From assembly GCA_963665115.1 (NCBI GenBank), contig OY762007.1:2208001-2272000 (forward strand): DNA of 64,000 nucleotides, in the 5' to 3' direction. The DNA comes from an uncultured Rivularia sp. GTDB taxonomy: Bacteria; Cyanobacteriota; Cyanobacteriia; Cyanobacteriales; Nostocaceae. The notes under the pieces are model-generated. The model was not told where the DNA came from. It ran no database searches and saw only the letters and a program-made list of their open reading frames with translations. Below are positions 54,901-63,503 of the stretch, one piece after another; the first letter of the stretch is position 1, and each line of letters opens with the position of its first letter. The translations under genes were made by a program, and so were the position numbers.

Positions 54901-55505
54901 TCCAAAGTGTCAGGTAAATCAATTTCTTGTTGAAGAGAAAGAAACTTAACAATATCTGCAATTATTTTTTCCGGTGTTGGAGCTTCTCGCAAACTCCGCC
55001 AAATAATATAGTCAAACTCCCCACTTACCTCTTGAGCTAACTTTACCGTCAAAGCAGTTTTACCCACACCACCCATCGCCAAAATTGCTACCAAACGGCA
55101 TTTATCGTTAATTAACCATTGTTTTAGCCTAGTTAATTCTACCCTTCTATCGTAGAAAATTGATACATCAGGAGCAGCATTCCAATCATGCTTTGTCGGT
55201 GATGATTTATCTTTATTATTCGCGCTTTTAACTTCATTCTGAGTTTCAACAACCTCTTCCCAATTTAGTTGTAAGATTTGGCAGAAAGCCTTGAAATTAG
55301 GAGATTTAACAGGTGTACCCCATAGAAAACGCTTCCAAGTACCGATAGAAACCGCGACTACTGGATATTGCCAACTTTTGTTGCCCGGTTCGAGGATATG
55401 ACTCGCTTCTTCTAGCCACGTTGGGTTATCAATGGCTGATCCTCTTTTCTCCCGCGCTTCCTTGATTTTTTTCAGCCCCTCTGGTGATGCTTTTAAGCTC
55501 CGCAT
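51939..55505 (-). CDS. STAND NTPase: N-terminal HTH-like domain + NB-ARC + pentapeptide-like linker + about 14 WD40 repeats
   Basis: DW..APDVS.FY.R, AMGGVGKT, WRSLR, LLILDN.E, LTSRE, GNPLAL; repeated GH..W/V.S..FSPDG...D.T.K.W. Confidence 0.92.
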   Translation of the reverse strand: MRSLKASPEGLKKIKEAREKRGSAIDNPTWLEEASHILEPGNKSWQYPVVAVSIGTWKRFLWGTPVKSPNFKAFCQILQLNWEEVVETQNEVKSANNKDKSSPTKHDWNAAPDVSIFYDRRVELTRLKQWLINDKCRLVAILAMGGVGKTALTVKLAQEVSGEFDYIIWRSLREAPTPEKIIADIVKFLSLQQEIDLPDTLEEKITRLIDYLRASRCLLILDNAESILQSGSSSGNYREEYSGYGELFRRIGESQHQSCLILTSREQFKEVRRLAGETLPVRVWELKGLEKAAEILTARGISGSTEDIEELVKRYHGNPLALQIVPETIIKLFHGDIKAFLNTGIIVFDDIHDLLTQQFERLSELEKGLMYWLAINRQAVSENDLAEDILGLSPRQIREGLDSLLRRCLIQSTNLGLTLQNVVMEYITEVFITKIIHELDSCELDLLRTHAIIKASAPDYLRENQKRVLLEPVAESLCKNQTKRVLEQKFRIIVEKLREQELQAPVGYAGGNLINLLIQLQVNLAGYDFSRLPISQAYLQGVELPQVNFSDCSFDKTVFSQSLSSIFSVTFSPDQKLLATGGMDGQIRFWNVADGSQILAWQAHGDWIRCVAFSPDGNLIASCGNDHTVKIWDSQTAKCLKILRGHTDWVWSVYFIWDKRLVVSASSDRTVKVWSLDSGVCIYTFHEPDREVWGFSFSNDGQTLATSGADSIRLWNVWTNECLKTFDDNSTGVRKLAFSPDSKSLVGSTDNQCLKTWDVNTGKCLRSVKTAPTAIWAIKFSPNGETIISCGTDKIQLWNLANGEPQMTLHEPHHRIRSLAYSADKKIIAVGSDDQLVRLWDTQTGEPIKTFQGYSNRIWTVAVSPVYQQNTIYLASGSDDGKIRLWNAETGELLKTLSGHQGRIRHVTFSSDGELIASASHDRTIKIWDVNTGKCLKTLRAHTDWIWSIIFIQNNHTLISASDDRTVLIWDTCTNKSQVLGNLETEWMWAIASHPQAEILATAGTSQSINLWDIHKKVCLTSLKGHTHRIRAITFNNSGKLIASSSDDFNIKLWEVETQNCLQTFSGHQAQIRALTFIPQSSTQPEILISASDDRTIRFWDICTGNCLKILTGHQHSIWSICYSHQLNILFSCSEDETIKLWDINTVKCIKTLIIPKPYQKMNIQGANGLTAATKETLHILGAVSDIA

Positions 55506-55670
55506 GACTAGGTAATTAGATGAGTGTTGTCAAGTACATTTACGGAACACTACAAGGGGAGGGGTAAGTGATCCGGAATTGTGCTGAAAGTGTGCTGGTT
55601 TTTCTCAGTGGATTTATGGAAGATGGGGATGTGAAGGGTTACAAGAGTGAAAAATGCTGGAGGATTAAAT

Positions 55671-55868
55671 ATGAAACTGAAACTGGGATATTTGGTGTTG
55701 AGTGGTGTGATTTTTACTGCTGCTGTATCTCATACTCAAGCAGCGAATGCATCATCATATCGAGCAGCTCGTGCTATAGGTAATTTTCTTTCAAATCCAA
55801 CTGTTATCACTGCCTTAATAGCATTAATTGCGGTTGTGCTACTAATTGCAAAATACGCTATAAAATAG
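55671..55868 (+). CDS. Small protein with signal peptide and C-terminal TM
   Basis: GGAGG RBS; MKLK-hydrophobic-AANA; C-terminal VITALIALIAVVLLIA. Confidence 0.6.
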   Translation: MKLKLGYLVLSGVIFTAAVSHTQAANASSYRAARAIGNFLSNPTVITALIALIAVVLLIAKYAIK

Positions 55869-55974
55869 CAGCAAGTAGTTACTTTTAAATTCAATATTGG
55901 ATTTATAAAATGGATACTCAATGCTTATACTAATATTTTTTACTATTAACTAAATGAAAGTATTACTTACTCTC

Positions 55975-56065
55975 ATGACTTACGCACCAATATCATTTTT
56001 ATGTCATTATTCGTTGTGTTAAGTAGTCGTAAAGCTTTATTTTTCATTGCGAGTATGTAAGTCAT
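55975..56065. mobile_element. Degenerate member of the 44397 MITE family
   Basis: ATGACTTACGCA ... TATGTAAGTCAT, similar length. Confidence 0.5.
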
Positions 56066-56144
56066 AACTTTATATTTCAGAAACAAATAATGATAATAAA
56101 GTATTTTATCAAACAAACTAACATTATTCCTCAAGGAGTTAACA

Positions 56145-56312
56145 ATGGAAGGATTAGGACTTGTTTTTGGATTGATTTTATTAGTAAGTATAGCTACAGT
56201 TACAATGAAAATTGCTCAAGAAAAAGGACGTAGTTCTACACTCTGGTTTATTTTAGGAATTGCATTTGGATTTTTAGCTTTAATTGTCGTTTCATTTTTA
56301 CCTCATATATAA
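56145..56312 (+). CDS. 55-aa two-TM protein absent from the ORF track
   Basis: AAGGAG RBS at 56133; MEGLGLVFGLILLVSIATVTMKIAQEKGRSSTLWFILGIAFGFLALIVVSFLPHI*. Confidence 0.8.
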   Translation: MEGLGLVFGLILLVSIATVTMKIAQEKGRSSTLWFILGIAFGFLALIVVSFLPHI

Positions 56313-56429
56313 AATAGTTTTATCCTTTATAAACTGGATAAATCAAAGGAGTATAGGATAAATATCATTTATCTTCAAATGTATTAGGTTTAATTGAAAA
56401 ATGTAACAAATTGTTTATCTGGGGAAAAT

Positions 56430-56909
56430 ATGTACGATTCAAAAATTAACGAAATAGAAAAAATGATTGATAAAATTGATAAATTGCAAGGTCAAGCTGA
56501 TAGTTTAAGATCGGAGGTATGTGATTTCAATGATTTTTGGGGATCTGCGGATAGGCTTGCAAATCAAATTAAAACTATTAATAGTGGCACAAAAAATATG
56601 GCACATTGTTTAAAAGAGTTAAAAAAAGAATTAGAAAATTTGTCACCTATATTTAATGATAAGGAATCACAACAAATTGCAAATAAATGGGTATATGTTG
56701 TAGCTAAACTAAAACGTTTAACAGAAACTGTAAATAATGCACAATATGAATTGGTTGATAGAAACTTTTGGGCTTGGGCTTCTTCTTTACTTGAAAATTT
56801 GGGAAATTTACTTAGACAAGTGATAGATGACGTAAAAGAAATAGCAGTGCGAGGAACAAAGAAATTAATCACTGAAGGCAAAATATTATTTCTTCCAGGA
56901 ATAGATTAA
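56430..56909 (+). CDS. Hypothetical helical/coiled-coil protein
   Basis: 159 aa from ATG 56430; heptad pattern, amphipathic C-terminal helix. Confidence 0.7.
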   Translation: MYDSKINEIEKMIDKIDKLQGQADSLRSEVCDFNDFWGSADRLANQIKTINSGTKNMAHCLKELKKELENLSPIFNDKESQQIANKWVYVVAKLKRLTETVNNAQYELVDRNFWAWASSLLENLGNLLRQVIDDVKEIAVRGTKKLITEGKILFLPGID

Positions 56910-56957
56910 ACATCTAATTAGTAAAACTAAACATAATCCAAAAATAAGGCTGATGTT

Positions 56958-57401
56958 ATGAGCAAAAATATAGCTTTAGAAAAATTAATGACAAAATCTA
57001 CAAATAGCTTAAGAGTTTTAGAAGAAGAAATAGAATCATATGATGATATTGATTTAAGACATATACTTTTTTTATTAATTAATAAGTTAGTGTGTTCCGG
57101 TCAACACGATGAAGATAACACAAGAATAAAGCAAATATACAGAGAATTAGAGCGTATTCGTTCACAAATAAAAGCAGCTATCGATACTTATTCCAGAGAA
57201 CTTAAAAAAGATGATAACAATAATAAAGATACATTAGGATATATATCACAAATGATGCAAGTACTACGAAAGGTTTCAGTTATCGAAGAAAAATTAAATC
57301 GTAAAGACATTGAGAATATCATTAACAATCATAGTAGTAGTAAAAGTCGTCATCAAAAAGATAATGATATAAATTGGGATGACTTAGATTTAAATCTGTA
57401 G
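56958..57401 (+). CDS. Hypothetical helical protein
   Basis: 147-aa ORF, charged helices, acidic tail. Confidence 0.7.
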   Translation: MSKNIALEKLMTKSTNSLRVLEEEIESYDDIDLRHILFLLINKLVCSGQHDEDNTRIKQIYRELERIRSQIKAAIDTYSRELKKDDNNNKDTLGYISQMMQVLRKVSVIEEKLNRKDIENIINNHSSSKSRHQKDNDINWDDLDLNL

Positions 57402-57467
57402 TTTATTCTTATAACAATCAAAAATATGTAAAATTATCTCTTAATTGTTATTCCAAAAAATCCAAAA

Positions 57468-58667
57468 ATGCCTTCCAACGAAAACAACAACACCACCTTA
57501 TCCATCGCAGCATTAGCCGCAGCAGCAACCGGGATTTGGTCAATTTTCAACAACTCAAATAAATCAAACAACAACTATAAGCAGACAGAAGTGGATGCTT
57601 TATTTAACCAAGCGCTTGCCTTAATTCAACAAGGAAACTATCATCAAGCAACCCAGATATTCCTTCAAATTTTAGAAACAAATCCTCAGCACGCACCAAC
57701 CTATAACTACCTAGCTTGGATTTATGCAATTCATAACTATGAACTCGAACAAGCACTTGCATTTGCAAATAATGCGGTTCAACTAGCAAGCAGTCACGTT
57801 GATAAAGCTTGTTTTATTGATACTCTTGCAGAAGTTTATGCCCGTAAACAACAATTAGATACAGCAATAGCATTATCTTTAGATTGCTTAAAAATATTTC
57901 AAGGTATTAATAAATATCCTAATAATCCAACAACTTATTTTCGTTTGGCTTGGTGCTATCAAATTAAACAGGATTTTAATCAAGCCTACTATTTTATCCA
58001 GCAAATTCTACAATTTAACAGTATAGGAGCAAACGAACACCTAACGATAGGGGATATTTGTTACGCAATCGCCTTTTGTACTAGCAGTCAGGGAATGTAT
58101 CACGATTCCTTATCCCATTTTGATAACGCTATCCAACATTATCAAATATCCCTCAACATTGCCCAAAGCCAAAACTTTAGTATTGACTTATTCAGATTAA
58201 AGCTAAGTTGTTGTCTGAATGATAAAGCAAGAATTTTTTTTGTTCTAGAAGATTACCAAAGTAGTCAGAATTTATATCTCCAATCACATAATGTTTATAA
58301 TTTAAATCCTTATCCTTTAGTTAATTTGGCTCTTTTAGCTGCACGAGCTAAAAATAAACAGCAAATGCTTTTTTGGGTAGGAAAAACAATGCCTTTGATT
58401 GTAGATATGCCTCCCTACGTGCAGAAAGAAAAGTTAGTATATATTCTACTTACAGATATAGATTTTGATGATTATAAAGAGGATATTTTAGGATTACTTT
58501 TCAACCACGGCAAAATCAACCAATACGAATATGCACAATTTATAAAAAAAGCAATTAAGTCAAATCAGCCAATTATGAATTTTTCACAACAGAACTTTTA
58601 TGCAGATGTTACTGGTGTGGCTGGTAATGTTGAGGGAAATTTCATGTATCAACCTCAATGTGCATAA
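57468..58667 (+). CDS. TPR protein with N-terminal hydrophobic segment and C-terminal GVAGNVEG motif
   Basis: LSIAALAAAATGIWSIF; ALALIQQGNYHQA, YNYLAW, DTLAEVY, YFRLAWCY TPRs. Confidence 0.85.
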   Translation: MPSNENNNTTLSIAALAAAATGIWSIFNNSNKSNNNYKQTEVDALFNQALALIQQGNYHQATQIFLQILETNPQHAPTYNYLAWIYAIHNYELEQALAFANNAVQLASSHVDKACFIDTLAEVYARKQQLDTAIALSLDCLKIFQGINKYPNNPTTYFRLAWCYQIKQDFNQAYYFIQQILQFNSIGANEHLTIGDICYAIAFCTSSQGMYHDSLSHFDNAIQHYQISLNIAQSQNFSIDLFRLKLSCCLNDKARIFFVLEDYQSSQNLYLQSHNVYNLNPYPLVNLALLAARAKNKQQMLFWVGKTMPLIVDMPPYVQKEKLVYILLTDIDFDDYKEDILGLLFNHGKINQYEYAQFIKKAIKSNQPIMNFSQQNFYADVTGVAGNVEGNFMYQPQCA

Positions 58668-58703
58668 ACAAAACTCATAAATTAATCATAAGGAGATAAT
58701 TTT

Positions 58704-59063
58704 ATGTCAGATAATTCTAAAGTTCAAATGAATATGCATCAAGCAACTATTTCAGGTGGTGTTGCTGGTAATGTTGAAGGTGATTTTAATGTTAATCAAC
58801 AGCAAAATTTATCCGAAGCAGCAGCAGAAATCCAACAATTACTCAATCAACTATCTCAAACCTACCCGACAAACACAACTTCTGAAAAAATGGAAGTAGC
58901 AACAACAGCTATCCAACGTATCGAGAATAATTCTAATCTTCGTCAACGGGTACTCAACGCTTTAAAAACAGGAGGAATTCAAGCGTTAGGCCAAATGCTG
59001 AATCACCCGGCATCAACTTTTGTAATTGCAGCTTTGGATGATTGGCAGAAAAGCCAAAATTGA
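58704..59063 (+). CDS. Small protein: N-terminal GVAGNVEG motif + helical 'NL.EAAAEIQQLL' domain
   Basis: AAGGAG RBS. The C-terminal domain resembles one I recall at the ends of many cyanobacterial multidomain proteins. Confidence 0.85.
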   Translation: MSDNSKVQMNMHQATISGGVAGNVEGDFNVNQQQNLSEAAAEIQQLLNQLSQTYPTNTTSEKMEVATTAIQRIENNSNLRQRVLNALKTGGIQALGQMLNHPASTFVIAALDDWQKSQN

Positions 59064-59068
59064 TTAAC

Positions 59069-59176
59069 TTACTTTTCATCTGCGTTGTTTACTAGCGTAG
59101 GTATCGCTTCCAACCAAGCATCCAAATCGGACATCCCTTGAAAATCAAGCAAAGCTTCCCCCAAATTTTCCAACTG
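59069..59176 (-). pseudogene. DUF4351 C-terminal fragment
   Basis: QLENLGEALLDFQGMSDLDAWLE...EK*, preceded by in-frame TAA, no start. Confidence 0.75.
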
Positions 59177-59283
59177 TTAGCCTTGAAATTGATTTCGAGG
59201 CGGGAAATAGGGCTTAACGATAATGCTGCAAGATATCAGTTAAGAGACTTTTAGCATTACTTTTCAAAGTCGGCAATTTATAT

Positions 59284-59865
59284 TCAATTCTTCTCTCCCA
59301 CATCAAACTGAACTCGTCGATAAAGTTTCTCTACCGAAATCGAAATTCCCACGCTTTCCAAATTCAAAGTATCACCTTCCCCGTAGGTATGTAAAACCCA
59401 TAAACCTTTATCATTCCGACGAAAGCATTCCACAGCAATTTCATCGGATGCAATTAAAACGTATTCTTTTAAAGTGCTTGATTGACGATAGCGAGTGAAT
59501 TTTTTACCTCTATCGAAAGCTTCTGTTGATGGGGAAAGCACTTCGACAATTAAACAAGGATGACGGATCATGTCAATCCGTCCTTTATCTCTCTCATCAC
59601 AAGTTACTACTACATCGGGATAATGATATGGTCCTGCTTCTGATACTTGTACTTTCACATCAGAGATATAAAATTCACAACCCTTTTCGGCTAAAAAATT
59701 ATCTAACTCACTACCTAAGTTAAAAGCAATACGGCTATGGGGTTTTGTTCCCCCAGTCATTGCGAATACTTCACCGTCAATATATTCATAACGGAGTTCT
59801 TGAGTTTTTTCCCATTCCAGGTATTCCTGGGGACTCATGTATTGAAATTGAGGATTAGCAACCAT
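59284..59865 (-). CDS. Uma2-family (DUF820) putative endonuclease
   Basis: EYIDG...M.GG...H, YPDVVV, P.LIVEVLSPST...DR..K...Y, EYVLI. Confidence 0.93.
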   Translation of the reverse strand: MVANPQFQYMSPQEYLEWEKTQELRYEYIDGEVFAMTGGTKPHSRIAFNLGSELDNFLAEKGCEFYISDVKVQVSEAGPYHYPDVVVTCDERDKGRIDMIRHPCLIVEVLSPSTEAFDRGKKFTRYRQSSTLKEYVLIASDEIAVECFRRNDKGLWVLHTYGEGDTLNLESVGISISVEKLYRRVQFDVGEKN

Positions 59866-59951
59866 TGGTTATTTCCAAGTGATGGTATGACTTAATTCCA
59901 TTTTACCAACTACCAATTACCTATTACCCATTACCAATTATCAATTATTAC

Positions 59952-61571
59952 CTATCTACTAATCAAACAAGCTTCTTCTAATTCAACTAATAAATCTTTT
60001 TCAATTGGTTTAGTAGAAAAGATATCGTGTTTTAAATCTCCCCATTTTTTACCAGAACTAGTTTTGTGTAAACTAATAATTTCAGGGATTTGTGAAGACA
60101 CCATGACTCGCACGGATTGCAGTTGTTCTAATAGTCTTGCTTTACGATAGTGGTGCGATTTTTGTAATCCCTCTTCTAACTGTGATGCGATTTCTTGGGG
60201 ATTATGTTTCGCGTTATCAAGTAATAATAGATAATGCTCTTGGGGATGTTTTACGGGTACTAAAGTTTTAAAACAGCTTTCTTCTAAGGGTAAACTTTTT
60301 AAGACATCGCGAACAAAATCTGAATGTAATTTTTCACCAACTAAATCACTTACTTCTTTTTGTCTTCCGATAAATTCCAAACAAGGTGTATTTAGGTATG
60401 AATGGGTAAAACGTACTCTATCTCCGATACGATAGCGATAGAATCCACCTTTTTGAGAAATAATCATTTCATAGGTGTTTCCCTGTTTTAATTGGTGTAG
60501 CTGAAAAACAAACCCGCTTTCATCTATAAATTCAAAAAACACTTCATTTAGTACGGGTACGCATCCTTTTGCAGGAATTAAAGGAATAGTCATTGGTGCT
60601 TCTGTAGCGAGAAGTCCTTTTCCTTGTACCAAAACATTAGGAAATAAAGAACGTAAAAAATCAGCACCATCAGCAGCATTGGCGCTATCCCAACAAGATA
60701 TTAGTTTAAGTTCGCTCCATAACAAATGCCAAGGAATTTTATCGCAATAAATTTTCTGGAATAGCTGATTTAATTTAGGATTTGTAGAGATTTGTTTGAA
60801 TAAATGAGGTTGCAACAGCATTAAACGACGTTTTGCTGACATCTTTTCTTTCAATTCTAAAGCTAATTGTTTGCGATTATTTTGAATATAATCAAGGATA
60901 ACTTTGAGAAAAGTTGGACTCCAGATCGATATTATTTCTAATTTTTCTGATTTTAAAAGCGTTTTAGCCAATTCATGTTTAAATTTTTCTGCATCGCGCA
61001 ATTTGTTTAATCCAGGCGGAGAAACTAGAAAATTATTCATCAAAAACTTCAACCAACCATCTAAATATTCTGAATCATCTTGTAAGGATTGAAAGTTGGA
61101 ATTATTTTTGAATTGTTCTTGCTGATTTTCTCCTAATTGCGGGGAAATACAAAAATATATTTTTCCAGTGTTAAATTTGGGGCCGTGTTTAATCAGATCG
61201 TACGCCCATATACAGAACATTTCATTGAAAGAGCGCCGCAAAGATTTAGTATAGGGAATTAATTTGGCTGAGCCACGACTTCCAGAAGTTTTTTCGTAAA
61301 AGCTAACTTTTTCCGCTGTAAGTAGCTGAGTTTTATCTTGCTGCTGTATATGAATCCAATTCTCAATATTATGGTATTCGATTATAGGAATGCGATGCCA
61401 ATCATCAATCGTTTTTACACGCAAATATCTTCCATAGTCGCTTTTAATCAAGCTTTTTAATATTTGATTCTGGACTTTTTCCTGTGCAGCTTGGGGATTT
61501 TCTAAAGCCCGATAAAAATTATGGCTTGTGGATTCGATTAGTTTACTAAAAAGTTTGATGAGTAAGTTCAT
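59952..61571 (-). CDS. GH3-family acyl-adenylate/amide synthetase
   Basis: EKTSGSRG..K.IPY, LLATEA, FFEF, YRYRIGD, F.GR...SDLVGEKL. Confidence 0.85.
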   Translation of the reverse strand: MNLLIKLFSKLIESTSHNFYRALENPQAAQEKVQNQILKSLIKSDYGRYLRVKTIDDWHRIPIIEYHNIENWIHIQQQDKTQLLTAEKVSFYEKTSGSRGSAKLIPYTKSLRRSFNEMFCIWAYDLIKHGPKFNTGKIYFCISPQLGENQQEQFKNNSNFQSLQDDSEYLDGWLKFLMNNFLVSPPGLNKLRDAEKFKHELAKTLLKSEKLEIISIWSPTFLKVILDYIQNNRKQLALELKEKMSAKRRLMLLQPHLFKQISTNPKLNQLFQKIYCDKIPWHLLWSELKLISCWDSANAADGADFLRSLFPNVLVQGKGLLATEAPMTIPLIPAKGCVPVLNEVFFEFIDESGFVFQLHQLKQGNTYEMIISQKGGFYRYRIGDRVRFTHSYLNTPCLEFIGRQKEVSDLVGEKLHSDFVRDVLKSLPLEESCFKTLVPVKHPQEHYLLLLDNAKHNPQEIASQLEEGLQKSHHYRKARLLEQLQSVRVMVSSQIPEIISLHKTSSGKKWGDLKHDIFSTKPIEKDLLVELEEACLISR

Positions 61572-61658
61572 AGTAGGATAACGAGATTAAAATCTGTATT
61601 TATAAATGGATGAAAAAAACTACTTCCCGCAATATTCTAAGCTAAAGCCTGTATTCAA

Positions 61659-62318
61659 TTACGATAAAATTAGCGGATTTACTAATTGATTATTATCCTG
61701 CTGACAATCTTTTTCGATCACCGTATTTGGATACAAACAGCTATTTGCAGGAATAAAAGTTTGGTCTTTCACAATTACACCGGGAGTAAGTTTAGAACCC
61801 GCTCCGATAAAAACATCGCTACCAATTTTTACTTTTTTTACATACAGCATCAAATCTTGTTTTTTCGGTTTAACAACGTGGGGAAAAATACCGCAGCTTT
61901 GCCCAAAAAGTACGCGATCGCCAATTTCAATTAAGGAACGATCGCCAATTTCTAGTGTGGGAGTCCAGTATACATTTTTACCAACTTTTGCTCCCCACAA
62001 TCGCAACCACAGCGAAAATGCACCAGGAATCAGACGCAATGCCGATTCTAGAAAGCTAAAAGTGACATATATTAACTGTATTTGGTGACTTCCCCACCAA
62101 GGAGAATATTCTTTCCCCCCTAGATAACTAATTCCTTCTTCAATCTGGTAAAAATAGTCATGTATTTTATGGATTAATAATGGCAATCCATAGAAGGAAA
62201 ACAATAAACTGGCAACGCTTAAAATTCCAGGTGAATAACAAACCCATAAGAAAGAGGTAAATCCTAGAAGCATCACAGCAGCAGGAAAAAAGGAAAGTAT
62301 AGTGCTTGTTATAGTCAT
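61659..62318 (-). CDS. Membrane-anchored left-handed beta-helix acyltransferase-like protein
   Basis: Two N-terminal TMs, WLRLWGAKVGKNV, IEIGDRV, VKIGSDVFIGAGS hexapeptides. Confidence 0.8.
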   Translation of the reverse strand: MTITSTILSFFPAAVMLLGFTSFLWVCYSPGILSVASLLFSFYGLPLLIHKIHDYFYQIEEGISYLGGKEYSPWWGSHQIQLIYVTFSFLESALRLIPGAFSLWLRLWGAKVGKNVYWTPTLEIGDRSLIEIGDRVLFGQSCGIFPHVVKPKKQDLMLYVKKVKIGSDVFIGAGSKLTPGVIVKDQTFIPANSCLYPNTVIEKDCQQDNNQLVNPLILS

Positions 62319-62654
62319 GGGTTTAAATATATCGATCGTGAAATTGTGTATGCTGACATCATTTTGTTCCTAATTTGGATTTCAAGTAAATTTTGAGCTT
62401 TAACATCCGCAACATTTGAAAGGCGATGTAGTTTAGTAATTTCCACGATATCCAGTTTATTAAGCACTAGTACCAATTGCTTTTAAAACACGTATAAATC
62501 CGGATGTAAGTATCTCAATCTACAATCTCTTTAAATTTTATGCCTGTAATATGAAGTAAAAAGAGTACAACTAGCAGTAGTTGAGATGATGTGTTATTAC
62601 GCAAGTATTTGGATATTCATCGCAATTTTATATTCTCTATACTATCTATACTAC

Positions 62655-63380
62655 TCAAAATGGCAAGAATAATTTTTTCGTCAAAGATAGATAATTATTA
62701 ATACCTAATGAATCTGGAAGATTATCGGATTGATAGTAAGTTCCATGTATTTTATCCCAAAGCTTCAAATTTGCACCGTAGTTTCCCCGATCGCAATTGC
62801 TGGAATGATGCCAAGCATGATCTTGAGGTAAAATTAACCACGGTGATAAACAATAATATAACCATGAATTTACTTTTGGCGTAAAGTTACTGTGTCGCCA
62901 TAAATCCAAAGCCGAACTTAAACTGATGCCTAAAATATACCAGTAAGGTTCTTGCAGCAAATACAGGAATAAAGAGTGAATCCATAGATAAACAATAAAG
63001 AAGCTTGTCCATAAAGTATTACGGGAAGTTCCTAACACGTCCATTTCTGTGACAGTGTGATGCACTTGATGCATAAACCATAGTTTTCGAGTGTGAAATA
63101 GACGATGATTCCAGTAATAGAGATAATCTACAAATACAAAACTTAGCGAGAAAGCAGCGATAGGATAAAGATTTATTGAAGCACGAGTATGTGGTAGCAG
63201 CAACTGGTAAAGTTGAAAAACTACAGTAATTTGTAAAAATGGGATTGCAATTCCCTGAAAAAATAAGCCAATACCGTCTAATAACCAATCCTCACGACTC
63301 TTTTTTCGCCATAGAAAGGGTTGTTTGCTATTTGTAACGGTTAATGCTAGAAGAATTACGAAGGTAAAGAAAACTAACAT
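62655..63380 (-). CDS. Sterol desaturase/fatty-acid hydroxylase family
   Basis: YWNHRLFH, HQVHH, HAWHH, NYG...WD.IHGT. Confidence 0.88.
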   Translation of the reverse strand: MLVFFTFVILLALTVTNSKQPFLWRKKSREDWLLDGIGLFFQGIAIPFLQITVVFQLYQLLLPHTRASINLYPIAAFSLSFVFVDYLYYWNHRLFHTRKLWFMHQVHHTVTEMDVLGTSRNTLWTSFFIVYLWIHSLFLYLLQEPYWYILGISLSSALDLWRHSNFTPKVNSWLYYCLSPWLILPQDHAWHHSSNCDRGNYGANLKLWDKIHGTYYQSDNLPDSLGINNYLSLTKKLFLPF

Positions 63381-63503
63381 ATTGATAAATCAGTTGTAAT
63401 TTATACGATTTCAGGATTATATAATCGCTATACTTTAACTCAGGTTCTACCTGGGAATTTTTTGGAAGTGGCTGAGCCACTTCTTTTTTTGTTTGTACTT
63501 TAC

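Noticed and set aside
55200..55505. GVAGNVEG-type motif at the STAND N-terminus (classical NLR-amyloid layout)
   Set aside because: Not present; the N-terminus looks like a helical HTH-like domain.
62319..62654. Possible small gene inside the GH3 cluster
   Set aside because: Only short open stretches with no credible start or RBS and no recognisable motif.
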